Of a stretch of DNA of 64,000 nucleotides, positions 1 to 12,618 are shown one piece after another. Below the pieces are notes generated by a model. That model was not told the DNA's origin. It ran no database searches and was given only the letters and a program-made list of their open reading frames with translations. How positions within the stretch are numbered: position 1 is the stretch's first letter; the number at the start of each line of letters is the position of its first letter. The DNA is taken from the NCBI RefSeq assembly GCF_000315625.1, contig NW_005434668.1, forward strand, positions 1,034,981 through 1,098,980, given 5' to 3'. The position numbers and the translations under genes were made by a program. Source of the DNA: Guillardia theta CCMP2712. Taxonomy: Eukaryota; Protista; Cryptophyta.

Positions 1-56
1 GAAGAGCTCACCTCACTCTCTTCCCTTCTTCTCCTCTCTTCTCCTCTCCTCCTAAC

Positions 57-173
57 TTGAACGAAGTTGTGTCGTCCTTGGGCCCCGAGAGCCACAACAT
101 CGCCAGCCATATATCGAGGTCAGCCGTCCCTCATGCTCCTGCCCCTGCCCCTGCCCCTGCCCCTGCCCCTGCC

Positions 174-219
<46 letters not shown>

Positions 220-334
220 AGGTTTTGCTCCTTCTGCGTCTTCTCCTTCTCCTCGTCCTGCTCCTTCTGCCGTTCTTCATCGTTGTTGGCTTGCCTACCT
301 AATCGTCTCATTCCCCTCCTCCTCCTCCTACTCT

Positions 335-367
<33 letters not shown>

Positions 368-755
368 CCCTTCTCCTGCTCCTCCTCGTCCTCATCCCCC
401 ACCAACAGGGAGCATCTTCTCGAACACGAGAACTTCTCTCACCTCGCCAGGCCCGTACACGCGATGCCGGCGCTGAGACTAGCGGGGATGACCGAGGTAA
501 CTTGCCTTTCACTCAGAGGACTTTGACACGTCGGGCACTCCAGAATCCAGGACGCCAGTCAAATAATCCGTTGCATCTTGACCTGAGCCAGCTGCGAGTT
601 TAACAAGCTAGTCAAGTTGACACGAGACAACTGTACAAGAGAAAGAGGAGATCGTCGTTGTACATGCAAACTGTTTCAATGAATCGAAACTATTTCACTG
701 ACCATGGTCGATGCACCTGTCTGCTGCCACCGGACAACACTTCTTAACTGAACTT

Positions 756-760
<5 letters not shown>
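57..760 (-). CDS. Possible multi-exon gene fragment running off the left edge (Cys-containing exons, e.g. [10 protein letters not shown])
   Basis: Short open segments flanked by GT..AG and microsatellite-filled introns; a continuous frame could not be firmly reconstructed. Confidence 0.25.
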
Positions 761-791
<31 letters not shown>

Positions 792-820
792 TTTCTCGCC
801 ATCTTCATCTCATCTTAGTT

Positions 821-857
<37 letters not shown>

Positions 858-869
858 TCCTCATCATTG

Positions 870-1924
870 TCAATCTACGATCGGTGTGTTGTTATCTTTC
901 TTCTCGAACCTTTGCAACCTTGCAGGAGCGTGTGATAAGGCAGCAACAGCAAACAGCACAGCGTGTCAAACCTTGCCTCTCTTGCCTTCTGTGCCTCCTC
1001 GCTGCTCATACTCCCCTGATCCAACTTCTTCCCCTTGCCCAACAACTTCTTCGACCCTTGCTACTCAGTCAGCGCTGCTCCCTCCCTCCCTCCCTCCCTC
1101 ATGAACTCACGATATGACTGCAGCGGCGAGCCAGGCGCTGCCCTCTGGTAGCCCAAGAAGCCGATGCCGGCCACGAGGAGGAGGAGCCAGAAGATAGAAG
1201 CAGGCTCGTCGTGTGTTCGATCCGAAGCCCGTTGGCTGGTCCTGAGCTTCTTGCAGAGTTTGAGAATCACCTGAGAATTTGATGAGTTCGTGATGGCGGA
1301 GCAGGAGGAAATGTGAAGAGAAGAGCAGCAGGAGGAAGAACATGTAGGGGGGGGGGGGGGGGGGGGGGCGAAGAGGAGGATCATGAGCAGGAGAACGCAA
1401 AAATCATGTCCCACGAGCATCAGCAGCAGGGAGGAGGAGGATAGGTCAGCAGGAGAGCACGAGGGAGCATAAGGGTCTTTGCCTTCTGCTTTTCCTTGGG
1501 GACGTCAGGAGAGAATTCAGCTTCGCCTACACCCCCCTTTGGCATGATGTGCTTGCATAGCTCAGCTAGTTTCTGACGATAGTCGGAGGACATAGGAAGA
1601 GGCCCGTCAGCGTCCGCAGGTATCCACTAAGAGCACAGATTCAGCAGATGCTAGAGCAGCGGCAGACAGAGAGAGAGAGAGGGCAGGGGAGGGAGGGAGC
1701 GGAAGACGAGGGAGGGAGTGGGAGGGAGGGAGGGAGGGAGGGAGGGAGGGACGAGGCAAGGAGGAAGACGAGGGAAGGAGGTTCATCGAGCATTTCACCT
1801 GCACGTCCATCGACTGTGAGGGCTGCAGTTGCAGCATGACGACCAGGACTGCCATGGTTACCATGGCGAGCCGGCAGCCCATGATGCGAAACCCTGGGAA
1901 ACCACCCCTACCCCTACCTTCCAT
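870..1924 (-). CDS. Small signal-peptide, single-pass membrane protein with C-terminal SHP/VBM-like motifs (5 exons)
   Basis: Spliced: M..LAMVTMAVLVVMLQLQPSQSMDVQ|WIPADADGPLPMSSDYRQKLAELCKHIMP..EKQK|VILKLCKKLR..IFWLLLLVAGIGFLGY..SYR|SKKLLGKGKKLDQGSMSSEEAQKAREAR|LQRFEKKDNNTPIVD*; requires one GC-AG intron (1271-1482). Confidence 0.7.
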
Positions 1925-2121
1925 TGTCCGTTCCTTTTCGAGCTAACCGGGGGGTTGTACACCAGGTTGTCGGGGGGCCGCATGGCTTGGAAAAGGGCGG
2001 ATTGCAGGGAGGGGTGTGTGAGAGGAGAGGAGGAGGAGGAGGAGAGGAGAGGAGGAGGAGGAGAGAGGGAGAGATGATAGAACAAAGAGACGAACCAAGC
2101 AGCTCGGTCCCCCAGCTTCTG

Positions 2122-3993
2122 ATGACCAGAAGGCAGGGATCTTCATTGACTTGGATTAGGGCGATTGCTGTCGTGCTGGCTGTCCAAGGAATCGCTCTGA
2201 GCTCTGCGTTCTCACTTTCGCCCTCGAGACTGCCATCCCTTTCACACTCAAGATCTTCAGCAACATGCTGCAACGCTCGCAAGCATATACGACTCTCTCA
2301 CGCCCTGGTGGTTCGTTGCGTTGCTCACCGTCGAGAGGTAGAGGGAAGTCAAGTACATCACAGACAGTTTGTTCCGTTGGGCAGCTCATCTGATGACAAG
2401 GACTGTTTGTCGCTGTTGAGCTATAATGTGCTGGGCCCGAAGCAAGCTCTCACTGAGAAGCACAATTACGCTAGCTTGAGACACAGGAAGTGGCCTTACA
2501 GGAAGAAGCAGCTGCTAGAGGAGATCGAGCGCTACAACCCAGACATTCTCTGTCTGCAAGAGATCACACCAGACACTTTCCAGCACGACTTCACTCCCTT
2601 CCTCAAGGAGTTGGGCCTTGACAGCGGCGTTTACACCCCCAAAAAACTTCCGGTGGGAGAGGTCATGAGCAACGGAAAGAGGGTTGTGAAACGGAAGCCA
2701 CGGCCCATCCTGCGTCCGGACTTGCTCGGCACAGGCTCGCATGCATGTCTGGGGACTGCGACTTTCTTTCGGAGCTCAGTCCTGAAGCTGCTCAAGTGTG
2801 AGAGAGTGTTGCTAAGAAGCAAATTATCCACCCTATGTGACGTTCTTGACAGTCAAGAAGCAGTGTCGAACGGTCAGAGCTCCGAGCTCTCGGGAGAGAC
2901 TGAAGGGGATGAATCCACAAAGTCCTTGACGAGGAGGGCGAGGAGGAGACAACGGGGGAAGACAAGGTTGGTTCCTCCTGTCGATTCGCTGAGTATGTCG
3001 CTCGCAAGCGACGTTCGAGGGAAGGCGGACACTGCTGTTTTCACCTGCTTCGAGCTGAAGGGCAAGGAAGGACAGGGAGCTGTCCGAAGGCTGGGGATAG
3101 CCAACGTCCACCTGTTCTGGGATCCACAGAGACCAGACATCAAGCTCATTCAATGTGCTCTTGCCTGCTCGTCCTTCTCTGCCTTCATGAAGGAGGTCCA
3201 GGACCAGCACGGCGAGCAGAAGACTCCTCTCATTCTGTCCGGGGACTTCAACAGCGTTCGGCACCTCCAGACTGAGTTCTTGAGGAACCTGAGCCAAGGT
3301 GGATACCTTCCCTCTCGATCTGCAAACATCCTCCTGGCTCTTCTCCACCGCTAGTCACTCCGCCTTCCCTTCCCTTGCAACCCCCTCCATTTCCTTCACC
3401 ACCTTCGATTCCCTATCTCCGTCCCATTCATTCTCTTCACTTCTTGGTGAGATGCGATATGATTGAATATTTCTCTTGCAAACAGAAAATCAAGAAGAAT
3501 TCAGCGCTGTATGGAGACTCATGGCCAAGGGCTCCGTCGATGCTTCACACCCCGAGCATCCTTCGTCCTTTGGCTCGTCGGTGGATATGCCGAGCATTGT
3601 AAGAATCTTTCCTTACCTCTCACAACCCTGACACCATTCACAGGCAAACAATCTCCCGACATTGCAAAATGCCTACACAGCTGGAGGGCGGGAGCTGCCC
3701 AAGTACACGACCAAGACCGGATTCTTTGCCGGTGCGACGGTCGCATAGGCCAGGACATGGAGCTTAGGTTGAATGTGCAGGTTGTATCGACCACATATGG
3801 TGCACTCAGGACGTACAAGTGCAGTCAATCCTTGAGATGCCATACACAGAGAGCGACAGGTGACAACATTGAGAACCTGACGAGAGGCTGATGACTGATG
3901 GCATGCAGTGCGAACTTTCCTCCGATCCCTGACGCCACATGGGGCTCCGACCATCTAGCCATTGGAGCTCGATTCAAGCTGCCTGACCTGTAG
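2122..3993 (+). CDS. CCR4/nocturnin/Angel-type EEP phosphatase/deadenylase with bipartite plastid leader
   Basis: Motifs LLSYNVL, DILCLQE, NVHLFWDP, GDFNS, CIDHIW, GSDHLAI; leader AIAVVLAVQGIALSSA-F followed by a Ser/Arg-rich transit peptide; alternative in-frame ATG at 2074. Confidence 0.9.
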
Positions 3994-4105
3994 AAGTGAG
4001 AAAGCCATAACTGCTCGCTTGATCCTTGGTCTTGCATGTATAGTTTCGCTTTAACAATTTGTTCTCTGTTCTAAAAATTTTCTGCTATGCACAAGGGGAT
4101 TCTCT

Positions 4106-5184
4106 TTAGAAAACAACAGTATCTAACATGGTACCCAAGCATTGAATGATGTTGTCTGACATAACCTGGGAAAGATGTCATCGAATCTCCTTTTCAAAGT
4201 TCAATCTTACCGTTTCAATCTCCTGTTCAAGATGCTTCTTTGCATCAAGCTTTCCCACCTAGAATCACAGTGTAAGAGTGATCAACAGATCTCGCTGCCG
4301 AGGAATTTCTTGGTGGCATACCTGGTCAATCTGGTATTTCTCCGCAGACTTCTGATCCTCCTCTTGCACAGCTTTGTTGTAGGCCTTAGCGAGCTCGAGC
4401 ATCCTCTTGACAGTATCCTCATTCCTCTTGTCATGCTCCTTGAAGTCTGAGGTCTTCAAACCCTCGGTCCATCCCTTCTTGTGCAGATTCATGAGCATCT
4501 TTCCTTCTAACTCACTTTTTCTGTAGCTGATCGCGATGGAGTAATAATGTCTGTTCAAGCCATGAATGAGCGCCTGGATGGAGGGTTTGTTCAAATGGCC
4601 AATGATGGATGTTGTTTGACGCGGCTCTTGACCCAACATCACCATCTGTGCGTTGATGGAACGGAACGCGTCGATCACCACCTTTCCTTTCACTGATTGC
4701 AGAGGATCAACGACAACAGCAACGGCCCTCTGGTTCAGAGCTTCAAAACTCTGCTGCGTATTCACGTCAACACCTGTTTTCAAACTTAGTCCATCATTCG
4801 CGTTCAGGAAATGTTTGATGTACCTGACAACCAACAACCGAACCCTGGATGAGAGTGGTACCACCCAACAACCATCTCAGGGCGGCCAGTTTGCTTCAAC
4901 ATGTCAAGCATCTTTGTCTGGAAGACAGGATCAACGGCCTCTACACTGACTCCTGTACCGCTCTGAGGCATGGCAAACACGTCGCAAACCCGTACGGTGT
5001 AGTCATCAACGAAGTCGCCAAGCATCAGCCCCATAACCTCCATGGGCACTCCCGCCCTACCATGCTTGAGCATCTTGAGGAGCGCAAGACTAGAGATGTA
5101 GATCTGCTCTGACGTGTCCACTGTCGGAGCGTCGCCGCCGCCGCCGCCGCCATGCGCCTGGATGGTCCGCAAGAGCCTGTCCAT
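4106..5184 (-). CDS. RPN11: 26S proteasome lid deubiquitinase Rpn11/PSMD14 (JAMM/MPN+), 4 exons
   Basis: Near-canonical sequence: [43 protein letters not shown]|[13 protein letters not shown]-terminus [14 protein letters not shown]. Confidence 0.98.
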
Positions 5185-5649
5185 GCTGAGGACACCTGGC
5201 CAAGTACCTGGTTTACTTAACTTTTAAGACTGAGCGGGGAAGAGGGCGGGCATGAGGCCGAGTGATCACGCCGCCGGCCGTGAGAGTCTTCGGCCCGGGG
5301 GGGCCGCAGCCCCGCCGTGCCCGGGCCGGGGGCGAAGTCATCAGTCTGCGAAGTCATGCCTGCAGCACAAAAGTTCGCTAGTTCCAAGTTCCTCAGCCTA
5401 AGTTAGGTTGAGTTAAGTTACTCAGTGGCTCCGGGCCATGGCCGCCGCTCCGAGTGGGCGCGGCCCGCGGCCGGACTCCGGGGACTCGAGTCCTGCCCGG
5501 GCGTCTGACCGTTGGCTCTGCCGTTGGCTTCGGAATTTGCGTCTGAGGGGGATGATGTTGACGAGGCTAGTCAAGGCTGGACCTCGACAGGAAAAGATCC
5601 GTTACACGAATGGCGGGAGACTCTGAAGCCTCGGAAGCGGACTGGGACT

Positions 5650-7126
5650 AGCATGCGAGTAGCGGATGTTGTAGTACGGTAGCTAGTGTTATGATCAGAG
5701 ATATCAAAACAGATCGTACAAAGGAATTTGAGTTGAATGACAGAGTAATCGAGTCAAAGTAATATGATATGAGCCTGGCTGAGGATTCTGATCGTTTCCT
5801 TGACAGACCGCCAAGCAACTCCATCATGAAAATCTGAAACAAGACTTGACCATGATTGTAACTTACGAAGATGAGATTCGGCATATGCAAGATACGCATG
5901 AAGCTTCGATACGGTTGATTGAGTCTCGAAAGCGCCAGCCTTCTGTGCAAGCGGTAGACCTGGATCACTTCTTGAATGAATGCTTCATCGCCATGGCGTC
6001 TGTGGATGGGACGGTGAGCATGGAGGACTTCTCGGACTTCTTGAAGAGAGCTGGCGCGATGGGCCAGCAGCAGCTGACATTGCCAGACCTACAAGTATTG
6101 GTGTTCGGGTCCGACGAAGCAGCACGAGCAGCAGGCAGAGTGAACGGGCTCTCAATCACTCGATTCAAGAACGCCATGGCGAATCTCGCAAAGTTGAGAT
6201 TCGCTGAGGAGGCAGAAGAAGACTTCCAGACGCTGTTTCAACTCTGGGTAGAGACCTCGCTCGTTTCTGCCCTTCACAAGTCTAAATTCTTTGAGCAACC
6301 CAAGGCCAAGAGTCCTCCCGCAGCAACCAAGAATGCGAGAGAGAAGAAAGCGGTTGCGCCGGAGGAGAGCAACAACGTGATCTGTGTGCAGAGATATGAC
6401 GAAGAGGCGATAGCGCAAGCTCTTGTTGCCTTCGTTCCTAAACGCGAAAGCCTCCAGCGCATTCTTGACCACTGTCAGTGTTGGACCATGAAAACTTTTG
6501 ACCAGGCGTGACTTTTCTTTGCAGATCACAAACTCTCGCTGCAGGAGAAGTTGGAGAAACAGACCCAGACTTGTTCACAAGATGATGGCAACTTCACAAG
6601 GAATGTCTTCTCCACTTTCCTTTCAGACTTTGAGATCCATCCAAAGGTTTGCTGCTGCACCTTAGTTGTGTGTTTATCATAGAGCACAACAGCACCTCTC
6701 CCGCCGAGAAGTGAAAGAGATCTACAACTTCTGCTTCGTGCAAGGCAGCTCTGAACATACAACTTACGTCAAGTTCAACCTGACTCTTGCTCACCTCGCC
6801 CTCAAGTTCCCTTCCTCTTCTTGCTCCACTCTTTGCCTGACCGCAATGGGCAGAATCTTCGGCAAAAGCCAGCTCCCTTTCGATTGCTCGCAATCGCTGC
6901 TGCTGCACATGCATGGCTCGCAAGGTTATCCTGTCTCGTGCTCTGAATTTTTTCCTCACGTTCACATGTCCAGGGATTGAGAAAGTCAGAGCAGGGTTGA
7001 TGTTATGCACAGTAAAGCTGCTCGCCCTCGGTGACGGAAATAATAAAATCGAATGAGGATGATGATGATGGAGATGAGGATGGAGATGATGATGGAGATG
7101 ATGGAGATGATGATGATGATGATGGA

Positions 7127-7214
<88 letters not shown>

Positions 7215-8107
7215 GCCCAATGAAAATTCTTTCACCTGAATCACATTTGCAAACAGTTAGCGCCGAAGATATCTCCCCGGGCGACCACGACCTCAGGCTG
7301 ACTTCACCTTCCAAATCTCCTGACTCTCAAATTTGGAGCAAAGAGAACATGGAACTTTGGCAAAGGCTGCAAGATCAAGACAACATCCAGAAAGCCAAGG
7401 TTTCTCAAGAGGAAAGAAGTGAAGAATTGGAGCTGAACGACGCTGGCAGATTGTGAAGGAGAAGGCGATTAGCAAAGTGACTGAGGAGGCAGAAATGCAA
7501 AAGACTCCGGCGTTGACTACAGCGGCTAAGGTTCGCCTGTGATGTGACGTCGCCGTCCCTGCTGACTGGGACTGGCAACAGAAGATTCAAAGGGGCTGGA
7601 AAGACCTGGACGAGTGGAGGAGGAAGAAGGAGGAGCGAGTGAAACTGCAAGAGGAGCGATGGAAGGAGGAGGAAATTGTTCTCGTTGATGTCGTTCTTGC
7701 TTCCTTACCTCCTTGCAGGAGCTGAAGTTGCTCCGTCCTCCTGCTCTCTGTCCAAAGAGCTTGGCGATCGTAGAAGCTAAGGGGAGGTGAAACATTTGTA
7801 GCCTGTCTTGACGCTGACCGAAGCTCTCCTGCTCTGTCTCCTTGTCACTTCTCTCTTCTACTTTTCCCTTCTACTTCCCTTCCCCATCCTCGTCCTCGTC
7901 CTCGTCCTCGTTTTTCTCTTTCTCCTGCTTCTTCGCAACTTTCCATTTGCTTGTCATGTTCTCTCTTCACTCTCTCTGATCATGGGGATGAGCAGCGCGA
8001 GGAAGGCGGACTGGGTTGAGAGGCTGTTGACGTATGGGGAAGAATACAAGAAGCTCAAGGAGCAGAGGAAGGAGCAGCTTGAGGAGGCGATGAAGGTGAG
8101 AGCAGAT

Positions 8108-8144
<37 letters not shown>

Positions 8145-8160
8145 CAGAAGGAGCAGGACG

Positions 8161-8220
<60 letters not shown>

Positions 8221-11200
8221 GGAGAAGGAAGAAGTGGAGCGGGGGAAGGAGCAGGAGGGGGGAGGGGAGAGGGAAGGATAAGAAAGATGAGGGCAGAAGG
8301 AATAGAAGGATCAATCCTGAGATTCTAACGATGCAGGGAGGAAAACCGCAGATCGATAAAATCTCCGACCATATCGGTAAGCAATCATTCACTCGATTAC
8401 ATCTGCCCGCTCTCTCTCCCCCCCTTCTCTCTTCATCCTTTCCCCTCCCTCTCACCCTCCCCCCCCAACTTCCTCTCCTCATTCTTCTTCCTCCTTCCCG
8501 TCCAGCTTTCCCTCTCCTCCTCCTTCTGCTCGTCTACCCTCTTCCTTCCTCCTACTTGTCGATGTTTGATCAACTTCTTTGAAAATCATTTTCGCTCACT
8601 TCTCACTTGCTGTCTCCAGCCTCGTCAAGGGAGCTCGAAGACCCGAAGTCGTACGTTGACAGGCTGTACGAGAATTTCTTCGAGGTGTGTTGAGCCGTGT
8701 AAGATGTTCCTCGTTGAGACTTTTACAGCGTCAAAAATCTCTCGAGAAGCTGAAGGAAAAGATTGTACAGGAGTCGTTGAAAGATCAGAAGACAGGACAG
8801 GTCAGGTCAGTCAGGATTCTTTTCTGCGGTGACGGTCTGTGAAGGAGTTTTTCAACCCCAAGATTAATCAGCGATCAGACAAGCTTGCCAGCCTGCAGAG
8901 GTGAATGAAGAGTCGTTGTTGGTTGTAGTTGACGTGATTGATGTGTCAGGTTCAGCGATTTCGTGCAAGCTTCACTTGCTTGGAACGCCGAGAAGTTGTC
9001 GAAGGTGAGCAACAACACATGATGAACATGGAAATGGTGGAATGATGTGAGAATGGAGAAGAACTTCTGTGTTCTGTGTTGTTCTAGAATTTCTGTTCTA
9101 ATTACAGAAATCCTTCGCTGTGTCGTTTTGTGTGTAGCAACAAATTTCTTCTTTCGGTCCGGTTTGTGATGAGCAAACTAAGTTGACAAAATCAAAGGTG
9201 GAGGCGATGAAGCGTGCGAGAGAAGTAGACATTTCGAAGGTTGTCAAGTTGAAAAAGCTCTTCAAGAATGCCTCACATTTCCTCCAGCTTGCTGCAAAGC
9301 CGAAAATCAACAAGAGGAGCCGGGAGATCGCGATGAAGAAGCAAGAAAACGGAGAAGAAGGTCTGAGGATGCAGATGATAGCGATTATGATGATGATTGA
9401 GACGATGCTGATTGACGATGCTGATGACGACTACCATCATGTTCATATTCTTGTTGTTGACATGGATTGCTCTCAGATACTAATGTCAAGCTCAACGTCG
9501 AGAGATCGAGCTCGAGGGACAAACTTCCCGTTGACGAGAAGGGACAGAAAGACGGTACCGCTCCCTGTAGCCTCCCCTGCTCAACCATGGCAGGAGGAGA
9601 ACAGAACTTCCGTCCCCACATCAACCAGCGCTCTCGTCTACTTGACTCGATGGTACCCCCACGCTCCCCATCCTTCCCTCTCCCTCACCAGGGCTGCAGG
9701 CGAGAAACGGAGATGGTACAAACAGGTACGATCAGTTGTACAGTTACCATCAGTTGTACGAAAGTCGCCGCAAGGAGCTCGGGGATCGAGTGAGAGCAGT
9801 GAGATGTTGCTATACTTGTTTGTGTTGCGCTGATGTATAAGCAGGATGAAGAGAAAGAATGCACTTTCTCTCCGTACACGAATCAGTCGAAGAGTGCAAG
9901 CAGGAGCCATCGGAAGATGTTGTTCAGCGCTGAAGATGAGCTTCAGGTGAGGAGGGAGTAGATGAGGAGGAGGTGGAAGACAAAGACGACAAGAACGAGG
10001 GCAAAGAGGATGATGATGGTGATGATGGATCTGATGATGGAGACGGAGATGAGATGGAGATTATGATGATGAGATGATGATGATGATGATGATAATGATG
10101 ATGATGATGATGATGATGATGGAGATGATTATAATGGCGATGACGACGATGATGACGATGTTATGAATTTTGCTGATCCTTATTGAGAAGTACTGATGTT
10201 TTGTCGAGCAGAAAAGCTTCTTTGGCTTGGAAGAGGGCGGGTGGTTGCAGGTGGGTTCAAGTTTGTTCCTACTTGCCGTCATTCGACTATAGGGAGACAA
10301 AAACGTCGAGGATGCCCTGAGCCAACTTCAAACGTCACTTTCAAGATTGTACGCGTCCGAGGTAACAACAGATGATGAGATGAGATGAGACGAGACGAGA
10401 CGAGACGAGATGAGATGAGATGAGATGAGATGAGATGAGATGAGATGAATTCTCTCACGACGTGTGTATTCCAGCAAGCGCTGAACGACTCAACGATTTC
10501 TTCTCGTCTCCATCTCGACGACTCATCTCGTTCTATCTTGCACATGTCAAACGACTTCGCTCAACTGCTTCAGAAACAATCGACCCCCGTAACGCTTTTC
10601 TTTCCATCGAATACTTTCCTCGTTTACCCTTCTCCTCTCAGAGTCAGCTCGCAACACCCAAGACAGGATTGAGCGTATCATGGCAGGTGACAAGCCTCCT
10701 CCTCCTCCTCATTGTTGTGGTTGCTTCTCTCCTTCTCCTTCTCCTCCTCCTCCTCCTAAACGTCCTCCAGCCCCCCCCCCCCCTCCCCCCTTCTCTCTCT
10801 CCTCCTCCTCCTGCTTCTCATCTCCTTTTCAGTAGCCAGCGCTTTCCCTTCCTCCTTCCTCCTTCTCCCTCCTCACTGAGCCCCTCACTTGAAAGGACCT
10901 GGAGAGAATTCCAGTATTGGATGAAGACAACGTGGTTGCGATATCCATCTACGACAAGCAGCAAGAAGCGTTGAGGTCAGTCATCCTTCTCGTGCTTTCC
11001 CCCCTCCATCTTCCTCGTTGCTCCTGCTCTTCCATCTTCCTTCCGGTGCACTTCCTTTCCTTTACTCCATCCTTCACCTCCACCTCCTCTTCTTGCTCGA
11101 CCTTGTGCCTGGCTTCTCCCTCCTGTCCTCCGCTTTCTACAGACAGCATGTCAACATCGCACTTGGCAGGAAGAAGGAAAAGTGGCTTCAGGAACAGAGG

Positions 11201-11740
11201 AAACTGCTGGCGATGGTGCTTTATTGCTCCTCCTCCTCTCGCTTGCCCACTCAGCACCATCTTCTCCTATGCTGCTGCTGCTCCTGCTCCTGCTCCTGCT
11301 CCTGCTGCTGCTCCTGCTGCTGCTCCTGCTGCTGCTGCTGCTCCTGCTGCTGCTCCTGCTCCTGCTCCTGCTCCTGCTGCTGCTGCTGTGCTACTCCTTC
11401 TCTTCGTGTTCGTGGTCATGATCGTGCTCCTGCTCTAACTCTCCTTCGTCAGAGGGAGACTGAGGAATGTACCTTCCGCCCCAAACTCTCAAGCAGCAAA
11501 GGAGCTCCTCCTCCTCCTTCCAGCAGCAAGCGTGAAACCCCAAAGGCCAAAAGGAGCAAGGGATCGTACAGCGAACAGAGAAAGCCAATGGGATCCCCGT
11601 CTCCTGCTCTTCTCCGCAAGGAAGAAGTGGTCCGAAGCCTCTCTCCTCCTCCTCCTCCTCCTCTTTGTCCTCCTCCTCCTCTTCCCTGCAGATCTCCTGC
11701 TGCGCATGGGCCCTCCATCAAGAGCAGGTCGCCGAAATGA
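5650..11740 (+). CDS. Large multi-exon protein with two p25alpha/TPPP-like helical repeats and several (EC)TFxPxINxxS repeats; probably cytoskeletal or flagellar
   Basis: DFSDFLKRAG..LSITRFKNAMANLAKLRF; FSTFLSDFEIHP..TYVKFNLTLAHLALKF; repeats FNPKINQRS, KPKINKRS, FRPHINQRS, ECTFSPYTN, ECTFRPKL. The start codon and single-gene status are uncertain. Confidence 0.6.
7056..7214. repeat. (GAT)n microsatellite, probably intronic
   Basis: About 50 GAT/GGA triplets between GTGACG (~7031) and CAAACAG (~7256). Confidence 0.85.
8108..8220. repeat. (GGAGCA)n hexamer microsatellite in an intron
   Basis: Directly visible; the same unit occurs at 135-218, 11271-11387, 54306-54600 and 56448-56490. Confidence 0.9.
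10375..10447. repeat. (GAGAT/GAGAC)n pentamer microsatellite in an intron
   Basis: Directly visible. Confidence 0.9.
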
Positions 11741-11935
11741 GAGAACCGAGACAACATGGCCGGTTGAGGTACAGCGGAGCGAAAGGTACTTAGGTAGCAG
11801 TAACTACCAACACTTGTGTTTGAGAAAGACACCAATTAAGTCACACAGCACGTATCTCAGTCTTTCTTCAGTTCTTCTGTTCATTTTCACACTCTTACAA
11901 TCTCAATGTCTCCGCAAACTGATTGTCACAATCAA

Positions 11936-12618
11936 CTACAACTCTGTCCATCGGCCTTTGGAGCGCAGCATGGTGTAGTTGGATCGTTCCTTCTCGATGA
12001 CCTCTTTCACTTCTTCCTTCAATCTCTCCGCACTGTTTGCAAGCATCATCTCAACTTTCTTAAGTTATCAACCTCTCACCTCTTCGGCATCTCATTGAAC
12101 ATCTTTGCGTACATGTAAACTTTGGCAAGACGAGAGTCAGCCAGCACAGCGTCTGTACCTCGTGCAACCTGCAGAGTGTCAGATGAAGCGCATGCGGAAC
12201 AATCTGGATTTTGTTGATAAAAGACAACAGCATCAAATCATGTTGATGTAATTTCTTGGAATGACATCACAATATCAGTAGTGGTGAGTTGTGATACCTT
12301 GTTCACGTTGAACATTCTCATGTCACCAGGCACGCCTTCTTCCTTGAAAACTTTGGCATACGCCATCGCCTTTTCCATCCGAACCGCCTCTTCGTTATTC
12401 GGATTGCACATCCTTAACTTGATCCGATGCCTCGTCCCATGATGGCAGGACTGCAGAGATGAAGAGCGAACAAAAGACTTGATGCTTGTAAGACAGTCGA
12501 GGTGAAGGTATCCTGCAGACCATCACAGGTTGAAAGAAAACAAAATCGCCTCACCATTAGAGTATGAAGCAGATGAAAGCAGCAGACAAAACACACTCAA
12601 GATCCCCCGCTTCACCAT
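11936..12618 (-). CDS. Small orphan protein with signal peptide + transit-like leader (probably plastid), about 6 exons
   Basis: MVKRGILSVFCLLLSSASYSNG|YLHLDCLTSIKSFVRSSSLQSCHHGTRHRIKLRMCNPNNEEAVRMEKAMAYAKVFKEEG..YMYAKMFNEMPKS|AERLKEEVKEVIEKERSNYTMLRSKGRWTEL*; not in the ORF track. Confidence 0.65.

Noticed and set aside
6594-7456. Poly-His, poly-Ser and poly-Asp ORFs
   Set aside because: Translations of a (GAT)n tract that sits between plausible splice sites
7808-8582. GAGAGA / EQEQEQ / CSCSCS ORFs (also 57-603, 10917-11740 in part, 63449-63958)
   Set aside because: Intronic microsatellite read-through
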